This document shows positions 38,370 to 51,945 of a stretch of DNA of 64,000 bases, one piece after another (position 1 is the stretch's first letter; every line of letters begins with the position of its first letter). The stretch is from Mobula hypostoma (lineage: Eukaryota). The translations under genes and the position numbers were made by a program. The stretch lies in the NCBI RefSeq assembly GCF_963921235.1, contig NC_086097.1, positions 105,278,001 to 105,342,000 on the forward strand, in the 5' to 3' direction. Below the pieces are notes generated by a model that was not told where the DNA came from, did not search any database, and saw only the letters and a program-made list of their open reading frames with translations.

Positions 38370-41300
38370 TTTTTTTTATTTCAAAATATACTTTATTCAA
38401 AAATAAAATTATATACAATCAACCATTCAATAACTTTCCATCCTTTACATATGTTTCCATTATAGTCAGTACATATCCATACTTACGGCCACCCACGTGG
38501 CACTCCAGTTGTTCACCTTACCACATCATTGTTGAGGGGTATACTCCCCGTCACCTGACCCCTCCCACTCCCGCGGGTGAAGAAACCTATACCATGGTCC
38601 TTCCCCACCGGGCCCTTGCGGTGGCTGCACCAAGTTTCAGTGCGTCCCTCAGCACGAACTCCTGTCGCCAAGAATGTGCCAGTCGGCAGCATTCTCCCAC
38701 GGACATCTCCATGTGCTGGTAGACCATCAAGTTTCGGGCTGACCAAAGAGCGTCTTTCACCGAGTTGATGATCTGCCAGCAGAACTGGATGTTGGTCTCC
38801 GTGTGCGTCCCCGGGAACAGCCCGTAGATCAGAGAGTCCTCTGTTGCGCAGCTGCTGGGGATGAAATGTGACACTAGCCCATCCATCCTCCTCCACACCC
38901 TCTCTGCGAATTGACAGTGTGCGAAGAGGTGGGTCACAGACTCCTCCTCCTCTGCAGTCCTCCCGTGGGCAGTGGGTGCGGAGACGACGTTTCGGGCGTA
39001 CAGGAGGGATCTGACTGGGAGGGCCCCTCTCACCGCCAGCCAGACGAGGTCCTGGTGCCTGTTGGTGAGATCTGGCGATGAAGCATTTTGCCAGATGAAC
39101 TGAACGGTCTGCTCAGGGAACCACTCCACTGTGTCCATCACGTACTTCTCCTGCAGTGCCTGCAGGACACTACGTGCCGACCACTGCCTGATGGCCCTGT
39201 GGTTAAAGGCGTTCTCCTGGAAGAACTTTTCTACGAAGGACAGGTATGGCAGCAATGACCAGCTGACTGGGGCGTTGCGCGGGAGTGGGGCCAGACCCAT
39301 CCTTCGTAGTCAGGGCGACAGGTAGAACCTGGGCACATAGTGGTACTTGGTGCCCACATACCTGGGTTCTACACACAACCTGATGCAGCCACATACGAAG
39401 CTGGCCATCAGGGTGAGGGCGACGTTGGGGACGTTCTTGCCCCCACTGTCCAGGGACTTGTGCATGACGGTCCGTCTCACCTGCTCCACCTTGGATCCCC
39501 AGACGAATCTGAAGACAGCGCAGGTGATTTCCAAGCTGTTAGGAGCGGGGGACGGGCCACACCTGCGCCAAGTACAGCAGCCCTGAGAGCACCTCACATC
39601 TGATGACCAGGTTCTTGCCCGTTATCAACAGGGAGCAGTCCCAGTTTCTGTTTCACCTTGGCAGTCCGCTCCTGCCAGTTCTTCTTGCATGCCTCGGCCC
39701 CTCTGAACCAGATCCCTAACACCTTCACGTGGTCAGACCTGATGGTGAAGGGGACGCTGGATTGGTCGGGCCAGTTGCCGAAGAGCATGGCTTCACTCTT
39801 CTTGCGGTTGATCCTGGCCCCCGACGCTAGCTCGAACTGTTCGCAGGTGCCAATCAACCTGCGAACTGACCTCGGATCAGAGCAGAAGAAGGTGACGTTG
39901 TCCATGTACAGGGAGGTTTTCACTTGGGTCCCTCCACTGCCTGGCAGCGTCACCCCTCTTATGCCCTCATCCCTCCTGATGGCTTCCGCAAAGGGTTCTA
40001 TGCAGCAGACAAACAAGACAGGGGGGATGGGACAGCCCTGCCTGTCTCCAGACCTGATGGGGAAGCTGTCTGTTTCCCACCCGTTGACCTGGACTGCACT
40101 ACGGATGTCTGTGTAGAGTAGTCTAATCCAATTCCGGATTCCCTCCCCAAATCCCATTTTGGAGAGCACGTCCGCCATGAACGTGTGCGATATCCTGCTG
40201 AAGGCTTTCTCCTGGTCCAAGCTGACCAGGCAGGCGTCCACCCCCCTGTCCTGCACGTAGGCGATGGTGTCCCTCAGCAGCGTGAGGCTGTCTGAGATCT
40301 TCCTGCCCGGTACAGCACAGGTTTGGTCCAGGTGAATCACCTGTCCCTGTTGGCAATAGCCTTGGACAGGATCTTGTAATCCACATTCAGGAGAGAGATG
40401 GGCCTCCAATTTCTAATGTCCTCCCTTCCCCCCTTTCTGCTTGTAGATGAGGGTGATGATGCCCTTCCTCATGGACTCTGACATGCTGCCGGCCAGAAGC
40501 ATAGCGTTGTACACTTCCAGCAGGTCTGGGCCCATCCGGTTCCACAGAGCCGAGTACAACTCAGCCGGTAAGCTGTCGCTTCCGGGAGTCTCACTGGACT
40601 CAAAGGAATGGATGGAGCCTGCCAGCTCGTCCAGGGGTCAGTGGCTGATCCAGACTCTCCCGCTTGCCGTCGTCTAAGATCTGCGTGATAGACGACAGGA
40701 AGTTGCGGGAGGCTGTGGATTCTGTGGCCTTTTCGTCGTACAGACCGGCATAGAAGGACTTGCAGATCCTCAGTATGTCGGTCTGCGAGGACGCGACTGA
40801 GCCGTCCTCTTCCTTAAGGTTGTGGATCACAGAGCTCCCCCTGTGCACCTTTTGGAAGAAGAAGCGTGAGCACATCTCGTCCTGCTCCGCGGTTTGGACC
40901 CTTGATCGGAAGATGATCTTGGAGGATTCGGCGGTGAGGTGCTGGGCTTGCCGGCCCTTCACCTCTCGCAATTCCTCCCTGACATCCACCCCCTTCGACT
41001 GCAGAAGGAGAAGTTGCTGCAACTCTGTCTGGAGTTTACGCAGTTCCCTCTGCTCCTGCCTTGCTTTCTGGATACCCTTGTGGATGAAGAACCTCTTAAT
41101 GTTCTCCTTGGTGGCTTCCCACCAGTGAACCGGGGAATCAAAGAAGGCTTTCAAGGTTCTCCAACCTGTGTACTCCCTCTCTAGTTCCTCGATGTTCTCT
41201 GGGGTCAGCAGCTTTACATTCAACTTCCACGTCCCCCTGCCTGCCTTCTGGTCCTCCCGTAAGTGACAGGTGGCTCTCAGAAGGCAGTGGTCAGAGAAGA

Positions 41301-42270
41301 ACACCGGTGTGACGTCGGTGGACCTGACCATGAGGGACTCTAACAAGAAGAGGAAGTCGATCCAGGAGCGGGCTGAGCCGTCGGATCATGTCCAGGTGGC
41401 TTGTGGCTGTGCTCCACCTGTGGGGGTGCCAAAGGCGTCGCGCAGCTTGGCTGTCTTCACCGTTTCCCTCAGGAGTCTACAGGTACTGTCCAGCCTGCCG
41501 TCGGCACTGCCGGATCGTCCAGCCGCAACAATGGTGCAGTTGAAGTCTCTAGCCAGAACGACCGGCTGGGACGTCACCAGCAGCTGTGGGAGCTGCTCGA
41601 AGACGGCCAGCCGCTCGCTCCGCACGGGGGAGGCGGACACGTTGATCAGCCAGAGCGGAGTGCCCCGGTATTTGACGTCTGCTACCAGGAGGCGCCCCGC
41701 AACCACCTCTTTAACTTGGGTGATTGAGAAGTTGCCTCTCCGTAGCAGGATCTTCAGGCCGGAAGCGCGACAATCGTTGCCCCCTGACCACACAGACAAG
41801 CCTTTGGTCCACCACCATGACCACCCCCGGTAGTTAAGGAGGTGTGGTAGTCCGCATTCCTGGAGGAAGGTCACGTCGGCCTTTACAGTGTCCAGGTACT
41901 GGAGCGTGCTGACGCATCGCCCAGTACTCTTCAAACTGCGTACGTTCAAGCACGCCAATTTAAGGTCTGCCATCATTGTAAGTCCTTTATTTCGGCTGCT
42001 GTCCGTCCTCACCCTTGCAGTCCTGAGCCTTCATGCCCACCGCCTTTGTGAAGTTTTCCACCTTCTGTGGGCTCAGGTACTGCAGGTCATACTCCCCCGG
42101 GTGTGGCAGTTCTGGTTCTGAGCCTGGGAGGTTGTTGACTTCCTGGGCTGCTGGGTGCCGGCCATGGCTCTGCTCCCGGATTCCCGGAGCTGGGTGTCTC
42201 TGCTGCTCTCCGCCTCCTGTACTTGGGGGGTGGCCAGCAGACTTTCTCCACTCTCTCTCCTCCTCTTCAC
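38370..42270 (-). mobile_element. Tx1/L1-clade LINE: ORF1 end and frameshifted ORF2 (APE endonuclease, RT, Cys/His C-terminus)
   Basis: LACLNVRSL, FLQEC, DFNC, FFSDH, WKLN; SLDQEKAF, RQGCP, YMDN; HLFAHC; AATAAA and poly(A) (T-run at 38370). Confidence 0.9.
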
Positions 42271-45067
42271 CTGTTATGCACCAATGAACACTTTTTTAAT
42301 CAGCTCAGTGCAGAGCAGCCCTACAGTAATCAAGGTGGATGCATCACTGTACTGTAGCCTCCTGTGTGTACCGATGAGGTCAGAGCAGTACAGGTTTTAC
42401 TGATGAAGCTGACTGATTAAACTCTGAAATTTGCCTGTGAGCATATGTAAGGTAGAGCACAGTGTGGATGTGCAGCTATTTGCAAAGGTGGTATGTGGCA
42501 TCTGAGCTTGACTGCCCTTTGAGGGAGGGAGGGAGGAGTGACAGGACATGTAAAATGAAATGGATAACTGTGTATGGGACACTACTCAGAAACAGCAGCA
42601 CAAACTCCATGTAGTTCTCCCTATCCACTTGGCGTCGCACAATTAGGGATATTTGTACATTCAATTTGCCAATCTTGCTGCCACACCCATAACTGGAGGG
42701 AGAATAATTTCCATCTAATACACAGATAAAAGTGAGTTCTCACTCAATTTCGCTGTGTCCTGCAATGCTTTAAGAAGAGCTTCTATCTTCTTGATCATCA
42801 GATTTCTGAAAGGTCCACAAATACTAGTTTGTTATTATCTTTGTGCATTATGTAACATAGTCATTTTTATTTTGACAAACTTGACGAACGTCTATAGGTG
42901 CACATGGAGAATATCCTGGCTGCATCATGCATCATGGCCTGGAATGGAAACACCAATGCCAAAGAGAAGTCTACAAAAAAATGATCACAGGAGGGGCCCT
43001 CCCACCATTGAACATATCTGCAAGGAACACAGCCACAGGAAAGCAGTATCCATTACCAAAGACCCCCCCCCCCACACACACACCACCAATCAGCTCATGT
43101 TCTTTTCTCGCTGCTGCCGTTGGGAAGAAGATACAGGAGTCTCAAATTCCACAACACCAGCTTCAGAAATTGTTATTGCCCTTCAACCATTAGGCTCCAG
43201 AATCACTGACCTTAACTGATTACACAACCTCGGATTCATTTTCCAGGACTCTAAAACTATCGTTCCTATTATTGTATATTGATTTTTTACTATTGTCTGT
43301 TATTTTCTTTTGTATTTGCAGTTGTCTTCTTTTGTACATTGGTCGTTTGTCAATCTTTGTGTGTAGTTTTTTATTGATTCTATTGTGAACGCCTGCAAGA
43401 AACAGACTCTCAGGGTAGTATGTAGTGACGTACACAGTATGTACTTTGATAATAAATTTACTTTAAACAGTGAAGTGTTGTTGTCCAGTCAGTGTGCAGC
43501 AAGCTCTCACCGATTGCTGTTAGGTGATAGTTACACCATCTTTTATACCACTTGAGGAACAGACTATTTTATATCTTATCATGTCAGCACCTTGGCCTTT
43601 CCAAGTATAGCTGCTAAGAGTAGATAATTTGTGACTAATTATTTTGTATTTTTCAGAGGTAACAAAATCTATTCATGAGGGTCATGTGGTTAATGTGGAC
43701 TACATTCAGATTTGGCAAGATCCTAGTAGGTAGATTTGTCCATCAGATCCAGAGTACTGTACATTGATAAACTGGATCCAGAGGAGTCTGAGAGAATGGT
43801 GGACAGTTGGTTTGTAGCTGGAATCCACATCATTGCTGGAATCCTTGCATGAAAACTTTGGTGTTAATTGATAGTGAGGAGGATAGTCGTAGATGACTGG
43901 ATGATATTAGTCATTAAGATGGGCAGAGCAATGGTAAATGCAATTTAATCCTCTTCAATGCAGGGAAACACATACCGCCAGGACAAGTAAGGGCAGTGCA
44001 CAACCAAGGGCAGGGCACTCGGCAGTACCGAGGACCAGAGAACAGATCTGGTGTACAAGTTCAAGGAATCGCTATAAGTGGCAGCACATATGGAATGTGA
44101 TGGTCAGTAGAAGGGGGAGGAGATTGAAGAGATGATTTTAGTCAATATTACTTTCATTCAGCAGATGGTTCAAACTGGAAATGTACTTACTGAGGGAGTG
44201 ATGGAGACAGAAGTGTTCATATTAAAGACACATCTAGACAAGTAGTTGACAGACCAAAACATGGAAAACTGTGGACCAAGTACAAGTATATGGGGTTAGA
44301 TGTTCGGCATGGACAGGACGGGTCAAAAGGCCTGTTTCTGTGCTGTCTTATTCCCTCCGTATCAAACGCAAGGTTTTTGCCTGATATTACTATTTAAAGT
44401 AAACATGAAAAGAAACAGCTAATTGATGTGTTCCACAAATCTGTTGTCAGTGTGATACGTGACTTGAGCAATTCTGAACTTATCAGAGAGGGTAGGCTTT
44501 GATTAATCCAGTATTTCTGCTTAAAAATTTTCAAAATAATTTCCAAAGTTGTGTGTATCAGATGGTGCGTAATCAATAAGTAATAATAGGATGGTAGGAC
44601 AGTTTCGAAATTTGCAGGTTAAACTTCATGTACGACACAAGAGCAGAATTAGGTCAGTGTCTCTGCTCTTCCATTTCATCAAGGCTGATTTATTATCCCT
44701 GTCAATCCCTTTATCTTATATGGTAAAAATCTGGAGAGAAAGTAGGCAGTTGACTTGTAAATCAGTGAAATTAGATAAAATAAGTTGAGTTGGGTGGTCA
44801 CTTTTTTCCCCATATGAGTTGGTAAGGACTTATCCAATGACTGGAAGGAAAGATAATCAAGATGGTCCTTGGCCTTTCTTCAACTGGTGCTTCCTGTGGT
44901 GAAATGAATGGACGATCTTCGATTAGAAAGCCTTTTTGAGCAGAGGGTGGTGTTGTTTGGAATATTCATGTACTGGTGAATTTCTGTGGAATGCCTGGCA
45001 CATTAGAGACCTGTTTATGTCTAATCTTGTTTCACCTTCCGTCGTGACAGGTGTGAACCACGTTAGC

Positions 45068-45124
45068 ATGGCAGAAATGTCTGCTCAAGATTTGCAGCAC
45101 CGTGCCAACCAGGTGACAGATGAG
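45068..45124 (+). CDS. SNAP23: SNAP23 first coding exon (exon 45051-45124), MAEMSAQDLQHRANQVTDE
   Basis: gacAG acceptor, 57 coding nt, GAG|GTGAGT donor; peptide matches SNAP23 N-terminus (human MDNLSSEEIQQRAHQITDE) in length and sequence, shorter than SNAP25. Confidence 0.92.
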
Positions 45125-46210
45125 GTGAGTACTAGCTGTGGGATTTCATTTAGAAGTTGATGAATAATTGTGAAGGGAAAAACGTAAACGTATTTATCTT
45201 TTTCCTGAATTGTTCCCACTTTTTGAGGCCCTAAGGCAGGGAAAGATTGTGGACCTCCCTATTGGAAATTTTAGTCCTAGAATACCAGAGCAAACTGAGC
45301 GACAGCTGATTATTTACTCTCCACTACAACAGACCTTGCCTCAAACATATACTTTCCACCAGAATTTCTTGGATAAAAAAGCCAAAACTCTGTCTTGGCC
45401 TTTGAAGCAATAGTTTCATTTTGTTTTATTTATTTTTCAGGAGTTGGACATATCTGTCAATCAATTCTGGCCTTGCCCATTTGACTGCCCTTGAAAAAGT
45501 GGTGGTGAGCCATCGTCCTGATGGTGCCCCTCAGTCTGATTTGGACCTATAGTGATGAAGGACCAGGATAATATCATACTTGGAAGAATCCCAGGTGGAA
45601 ATCTGCTGAAGTCCTGTCAGCCTGGGCTAGTTACTGCAGTGTATTCTGTAGTTGATACACACTGCAGCCACTGTGTACCTCTGATGGTGGGAATGAATAT
45701 TTAGGGTGATACGTGCATTTCAGTAGCTGCTTTTCCTGAATGGTGGCTTGAGATTCTTTGAATGTCGTTGGGATTACACTCAACCAGGCAAGAGGGAAAG
45801 TGTTTTATCGTACTCATGACTTGTGCTTCTTAAGTGGCATAATGTTTTAAGATGGTGTGGCATGAGTTACTCACTACAGGATACCTAACCTCCCCTGTGG
45901 AAACTTCCCTTTGATGTTGATAGTAGAGGACTTGACCAATGCTAAGGATCAGTAGTTGGACACACTCTACTGATGGTCACCGTCTGGCACTATGGTCCTT
46001 CCTCCAGCCCATGCCTCAGTGTGTCTAGGTCTTGGTCTATGGTCTGCTTTGTTTGCTCTGAAGTTCCAAATGGGATTTGAAAAGCCTGATGGTCAAGTTT
46101 TCAGTTCTAGGTTGGCAGCAGTAATTATGGGTAGGGGTAGGGGGAGTGGGAGGAAGGTGTTGGTTTTTGCATGGTGCCTTGTTCATTTCTACTTCTGATT
46201 CTGTTCACAG

Positions 46211-46252
46211 TCGCTGGAGAGTACCCGGAGGATGCTGCAGTTGGCAGAGGAG
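46211..46252 (+). CDS. SNAP23: SNAP23 second coding exon, SLESTRRMLQLAEE
   Basis: cacAG acceptor, 42 nt, GAG|GT donor; SLESTRRM is the hallmark SNAP23/25 N-terminal SNARE helix motif; in phase with the previous exon. Confidence 0.93.
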
Positions 46253-48949
46253 GTACGGTAAACACATCTAGCTGATTATTATGAGCAATCATCAGACTTT
46301 CCTGCAGTGCTGAAACAGACACTTGATTCAAGTTCATTTGGACAGGCAGCTCTGCAATGAAAGCTGGATTATTGAGGTTTCCTCCAGCGACAGTAGGAAT
46401 ACTGGAGGGGGAGGTTATGAAATGATTGACTAGTGAGATGAAATGTAACTTTGTCAGCTTAATGGAGATACCTTGGTAGGTCACCAGAGCTAAATAAATT
46501 TCATCCTGGACACAACCTGTTAATCCTTGGACCTGCAGTGATATTCCTGTTCCAAACTGTGTCTGACTCTTCCATGGGAGGCTCTCGGGATTCCCCAATA
46601 TTGGGAGGTATTCTCTATCACATTGGAATTAACAAGAGGAATGGTTCATCGGGTCTGTTCGACTATTTGATGGATCTAATTGTAGCTATATTCCTGTCGA
46701 TCCCTTATCGCGTGTCTAACTAAAAATGTTCACACTCTGCTTGTACGGCCCTTTGAGGCTGACTAGTTCAAAGATGCACAACCCCCTGACAGAAAACATT
46801 TTCCTCCTCCTTGTCTGAAGTGGGGAAAAGCTTTTATACAACAGCAGTAAGGGGCCTTTAGAAATAAGGTTCTGGTGTGCCTGTGGCTGGAACATTGTTT
46901 GTGAGTTTGGTGGCTTCCTCTATGGAAGAATATATTTGCAATAGAATGAGTGTGGTAAAGATGGCTCCTGATAGGAGATTAAGCAGAATGGGCCTGGGAG
47001 TAGGCCATTGGATCCTATGCCTGCTGTGTCACTGGATGCACATTTCATAGTCACTGGGTGGCGTGTTCTAGGCCCTGAGCAATTCACCGCAGGACGAGGT
47101 TGGTTTGCTCTGGAAAAGTCGAGAACTGTTTCTTCAGAACTGAAATCTAGGCCCAAAGTGATTCACTGCAGAGGATCGCTGGTCCTAATGCAAGGTACAA
47201 TCCACTGTTCAGGCAATTTAAATGCCAAGCCAGGGTCTCGTCTCGTCTCGTCTCTCCATGACATTAAGGCTGTGAGGCTGCCTCCAGCTGCTATGATTCG
47301 TGTCTGTGAACTTTACGGCGATTTGCTCTGTTGATACAATGAACTGAATACCGGGGTTTGGATTGGAGTACTCAATCTGGTTCAGAATGCTATTGTTTTT
47401 CCTTGCTTCTATTTTTTGTATGATTTTTCTTTTCTTCTCTTTCTCTGTGCGCATTGAGGGTTGGTCTTTATTTTGTTTTTAATTGAGTTTTTTCGTATTT
47501 TTTGTTTTGTGACTACTTGTAAAAAAACAAATCTTAAGGTTGTATAATTTATACATTCAGTCTGTGCCGAGCCATCTAAACTGCCTACCCCTGTCGACCT
47601 GCACCAGGACCACAGCCCTCCATACCTTCCCTTCAAAGTACCTATCCAAACGTCACATACACCACTTACCCCGGCAGCTCATTCCACACTCTCACAACCC
47701 TCTGAGTGAAGAAGTTTCACCTCATGTTCCCCTTAAACCATCTCTCCTTTCACCCTTAACCCATGACCTTTGGTTGTAGTCCATCCAACCACAGTGGAAA
47801 AAGCTTGCCTTCATTTACCCTATCTATACCTCTATCAAATCTCCTTTCAATCTTTTATGTTCCAAAGAATGAAGTCCTAACCTATCAATATTTCCTTATA
47901 TCTTTGGTCCTCCAGACCTGACAACATACTTGTAAATTTTCTTTGTATTATTTTTCAACTTGACTTACATCTTTCCTGTAAGTAGGTGACCAAAACTGCA
48001 CACAAAACTCCAAGTCGGGCCTCATCAATATCTTATACAACTTCAATATAACATCCTATCTTCTGTACTCAATACTTTGATTTATGAAGGCCAATGTGCC
48101 AAAAAGCTTTCTTTACGATTCTACCTATCTGTGCCACCACTTTCAATCAATTATGGATCACAATTCCCAGATTCCTTTGTTCTACCACACTCCTCAGTGT
48201 CCTGCTGTTCACTGTGTAAGATCTACTTTGTTTGTCCTACCGAGGTGCAACACTTCACAATTCTCTGCATTAAATTCCTATCTGCCATTTTGCAGCCCAT
48301 TATCCCAGCTGATCCAGATTCCACTGAAAGCCATGATAAGTCTTCCTCACTGTGCACTACACCCCCAATCTTGGTGTCATCCTCAAATTTGCAGATCCAT
48401 TTAACAACATTATCATCCAGATCACTGATATAGATGACAAACAACAACTGACTCAACACCGATTCCTGTGGCATTCCACTAGTCATAAACCTCCGGAGAG
48501 GCAATCATCCATTATCACTCTCCGGCTTCTTCCACAAAACCAATATCTAATCCAATTTCCTACCTCGTCCTGAATGTTGAGTGACTGAACCTTCTTGACC
48601 AGCCTCCCATGTGGGTCCTTGTCAAATGTGTTGTTAAATGTCCATGTAGACAACATCTACTACCTCCCTTCATCCACTTTCCTGGTAACTTCCTCAAAAG
48701 CTCTATGATTGGTTAGACACGGCCTACCTTGCGTGAAGCAATGTTGAATATCCTTAATCAGTCCATCCCTATCCAAATACTCAAATATCCTGTCCCTTAC
48801 AGTACCTTCCAATAACTTCCACGACTGATGTCAGACTCACCGGCCTATAATTTCCTGGTTTATTTTCAGAGCCTTTTTTAAACAGCAGAACAAGATTGGC
48901 TATCCTCCAATCCTCTGATACCTGTCTTGTCACTAAGGATGATTTAAGG

Positions 48950-51945
48950 ATATCCTTGCAGGTAGGTTTGTTAGCATGGTTCAGGAGGGTTGAAACTAAT
49001 TTGCAAGGGGGATGGGACCCAGAGCGATAGAGCAGTGAAAGAAGTGCATGGAGTAAAGCCAGATCTAACATATAGAGAGGCTTTGGGGAAAGAGAAGCAG
49101 AATAAAGGGTGTAAAGGTAGTAAGGTAGAAGGGCTAAAGTGCGTGTACTTCAATGCAAGAAGCATCAGGAACAAAGGTGATGAACTGAGAGCTTGGATAC
49201 ATACATGGAATTATGATGTAGTGGCCATTCCAGAGACTTGGCTGGCACCAGGGCAGGAAATGGATTCTCAATAATCCTGGATTTCAGTGCTTTAAAAGGG
49301 ATAGACAGGGGGGAAAAGGGGAGGAGGGGTGGCATTACTTGTCAGGGATACTATTACAGCTACAGAAAGGGTGGGTAATGTAGCAGGATCCTCTTTTGAG
49401 TCAGTATGGGTGGAAGTCAGGAACAGGAAGGAAGCAGTTACTCTATTGGGAGTATTCTATAGGCCCCCTGGTAGCAGATTGCGAGGCAGATTTTGGAAAG
49501 GTGCAAAAATAACAGGGTTGTTATCATGGGTGACTTTAACTTCCCTAATATTGATTGGAACCTGATTGGTTCCAAGGGTTTGGACGGGGCAAAGTTTTGT
49601 TATGTGTGTCCAGGATGGATTCCTGTCACAGTATGTGGACAGGCCGACTAAGGGGAATGCCATACTAGATCTAGTATTAGGTAACGAACTGAGTCAGGTC
49701 ACCGATCTCTCAGTGGGTGAGCATCTGGGGGACAGTGCCCACCGCTCCCTGTCCTTTAGCATTATCATGCGAAAGGATAGAATCAGAGAGAACAGGAAAA
49801 TTTTTAATTGGGGAAGGGCAAATTATGAGGCTACAAGGCTAGAACTTGTGGGTGTGAATTGGGATGATGTTTTTGCCGGGAAATGTACTATGGACATGTG
49901 GTCGATGTTTAGGGATCTCTTGCAGGATGTTAGGGATAAATTTGTCCTGGTGAGGAAAATAAAGAATGGTAGGGTGAAGGAACAAGTGAGGTGGAAAATC
50001 TAGTCAGGTGGAAGAAGGCAGCGTACATGAGGTTTAGGAAGCAAGGATCAGATGGGTCTACTGAGGATTATAGGGTAACAAGAAAGGAGCTTAAGAAGGG
50101 GCTGAGAAGAGCAAGAAGGGGGCATGAGAAGCCTTGGCGAGTAGGGTAAAGGAAAACCCCAAGGCATTCTTCAATTATGTGAAGAACAAAAGGATGACAG
50201 GAGTGAAGGTAGGAATGATTAGAGATAAAGGTGGGAAGATGTGCCTGGAGGCTGCAGGTGAGCGAGGTCCTCAATGCATACTCCTCTTCGGTATTCACCA
50301 ATGAGAGGGAACTTGATGACGGTGAGGACAATATGAGTGAGGTTGATGTTCTGAAGCATGTTGATATTAAGGGAGAGGAGGTGTTGGAGTTGTTAAAATA
50401 CATTAGGACGGATAAGTCCCTGGGGCCTGACGGAATATTCCCCAGGCTGCTCCACGAGATGAGGGAAGAGATTGCTGAGTCTCTGGCTGGGATCTCTATG
50501 TCCTCGTCTACGAGAATGTTACCAGATGATTGGAGGAAGGCAAATGTTGTCCCCTTGTTCAAAAAAGGTACTAGGGATAGTCCGGGTAATTATAGACCAG
50601 TGAGCCTTATGTCTGTGGTGAGTAAGATTCTTAGAGATAGGATCTTTGGGCATTTAGAGAATCATGGTCTGATCAGGGACAGTCAGCATGGCTTTGTGAA
50701 GGGCAGATCGTGTCTAACAAGCCTGATAGAGTTCTTTGAGGAGGTGACCAGGCATATGGATGAGGGTAGTGCAGTGGATGTGATCTATATGGATTTTAAT
50801 AAGGCATTTGACAAGGTTCCACAGGGTCGGCTTATTCAGAAAGTCAGAAGGCATGGGATCCAGGGAAGTTTGGCCAGGTGGATTCAGAATTGGCTTGCCT
50901 GCAGAAGGCAGAGGGTGGTGGTGGAGGGAGTACATTTGGATTGGAGGGTTGTAACTAGTGGTGTCCCACAAGAATCGGTTCTGGGACCTCTACTTTTCGT
51001 GACTTTTATTAACGACCTGGATGTGGGCGTAGAAGGGTGGGTTGGCAAGCTTGCAGACGACACAAAGGTTGGTGGTGTTGTGGATAGTGTAGAGGATTGT
51101 CGAAGATTGCAGAGAGACATTGATAGGATGCAGAAGTGGGCTGAGAAGTGGCAGATGGAGTTCAACCCGGAGAAGTGTGAGGTGGTACACTTTGGAAGGA
51201 CAAACTCCAAAGCAGAGTACAAAGTAAATGGCAGGATACTTGGTAGTGTGGAGGAGCAGAGGGATCTCGGGGTACATGTCCACAGATCCCTGAAAGTTGC
51301 CTCACAGGTGGATAGAGTAGTTAAGAAAGCTTATGGAGTGTTAGCTTTCATAAGTCGAGGGATAGAGTTTAAGAGCCGTGAGGTAATGATGCAGCTCTAT
51401 AAAACTCTGGTTAGGCCACACTTGGAGTGCTGTGTCCAGTTCTGGTCACCACCCTATAGGAAGGATGTGGAAGCATTGGAAAGGGTACAGAGTAGATTTA
51501 CCAGGATGCTGCCTGGTTTAGAAAGTATGCATTATGATCAGAGATTAAGGGAGCTGGGGCTTTACTCTTTGGAGAGAAGGAGGGTAAGAGGAGACATAAT
51601 AGAGGTATACAAGATATTAAGAGGAATAGATAGAGTGGATAGCCAGTGCCTCTTCCCCGGGGCACCACTGCTCAATAGAAGAGGACATGGCTTTAAGGTA
51701 AGGGGCAGGAAGTTCAAGGGGGATATTAGAGGAAGGTTTTTTACTCAGAGAGTGGTTGGTGCGTGGAATGCACTGCCTGAGTCAGTGGTGGAGGCAGATA
51801 CACTCGTGAAATTTAAGAGACTACTAGACAGGTATATGGAGGAATTTAAGTTGGGGGGTTATATGGGAGGCAGGTTTTGAGGGTTGGCACAACATTGTGG
51901 GCCGAAGGGCCTGTACTGTGCTGTACTATTCTATGTTCTATATTC
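48950..51945 (+). mobile_element. Young CR1 LINE with most of ORF2 (EN frameshifted, 549 aa open RT frame)
   Basis: LKCVYFNARSI, YRPP, LDLVLGN; ORF 50231-51880 with full RT motifs; (ttctatg)n tail. Confidence 0.95.

Noticed and set aside
45068..46252. SNAP25 as the gene identity
   Set aside because: The first coding exon has 19 codons as in SNAP23; SNAP25 has a longer MAEDADMRNELEEMQ start
50231..51880. Domesticated or active reverse transcriptase gene
   Set aside because: Upstream endonuclease is frameshifted, motifs are mutated (PQES, KLADD) and ORF1 is absent; an ordinary young CR1 copy
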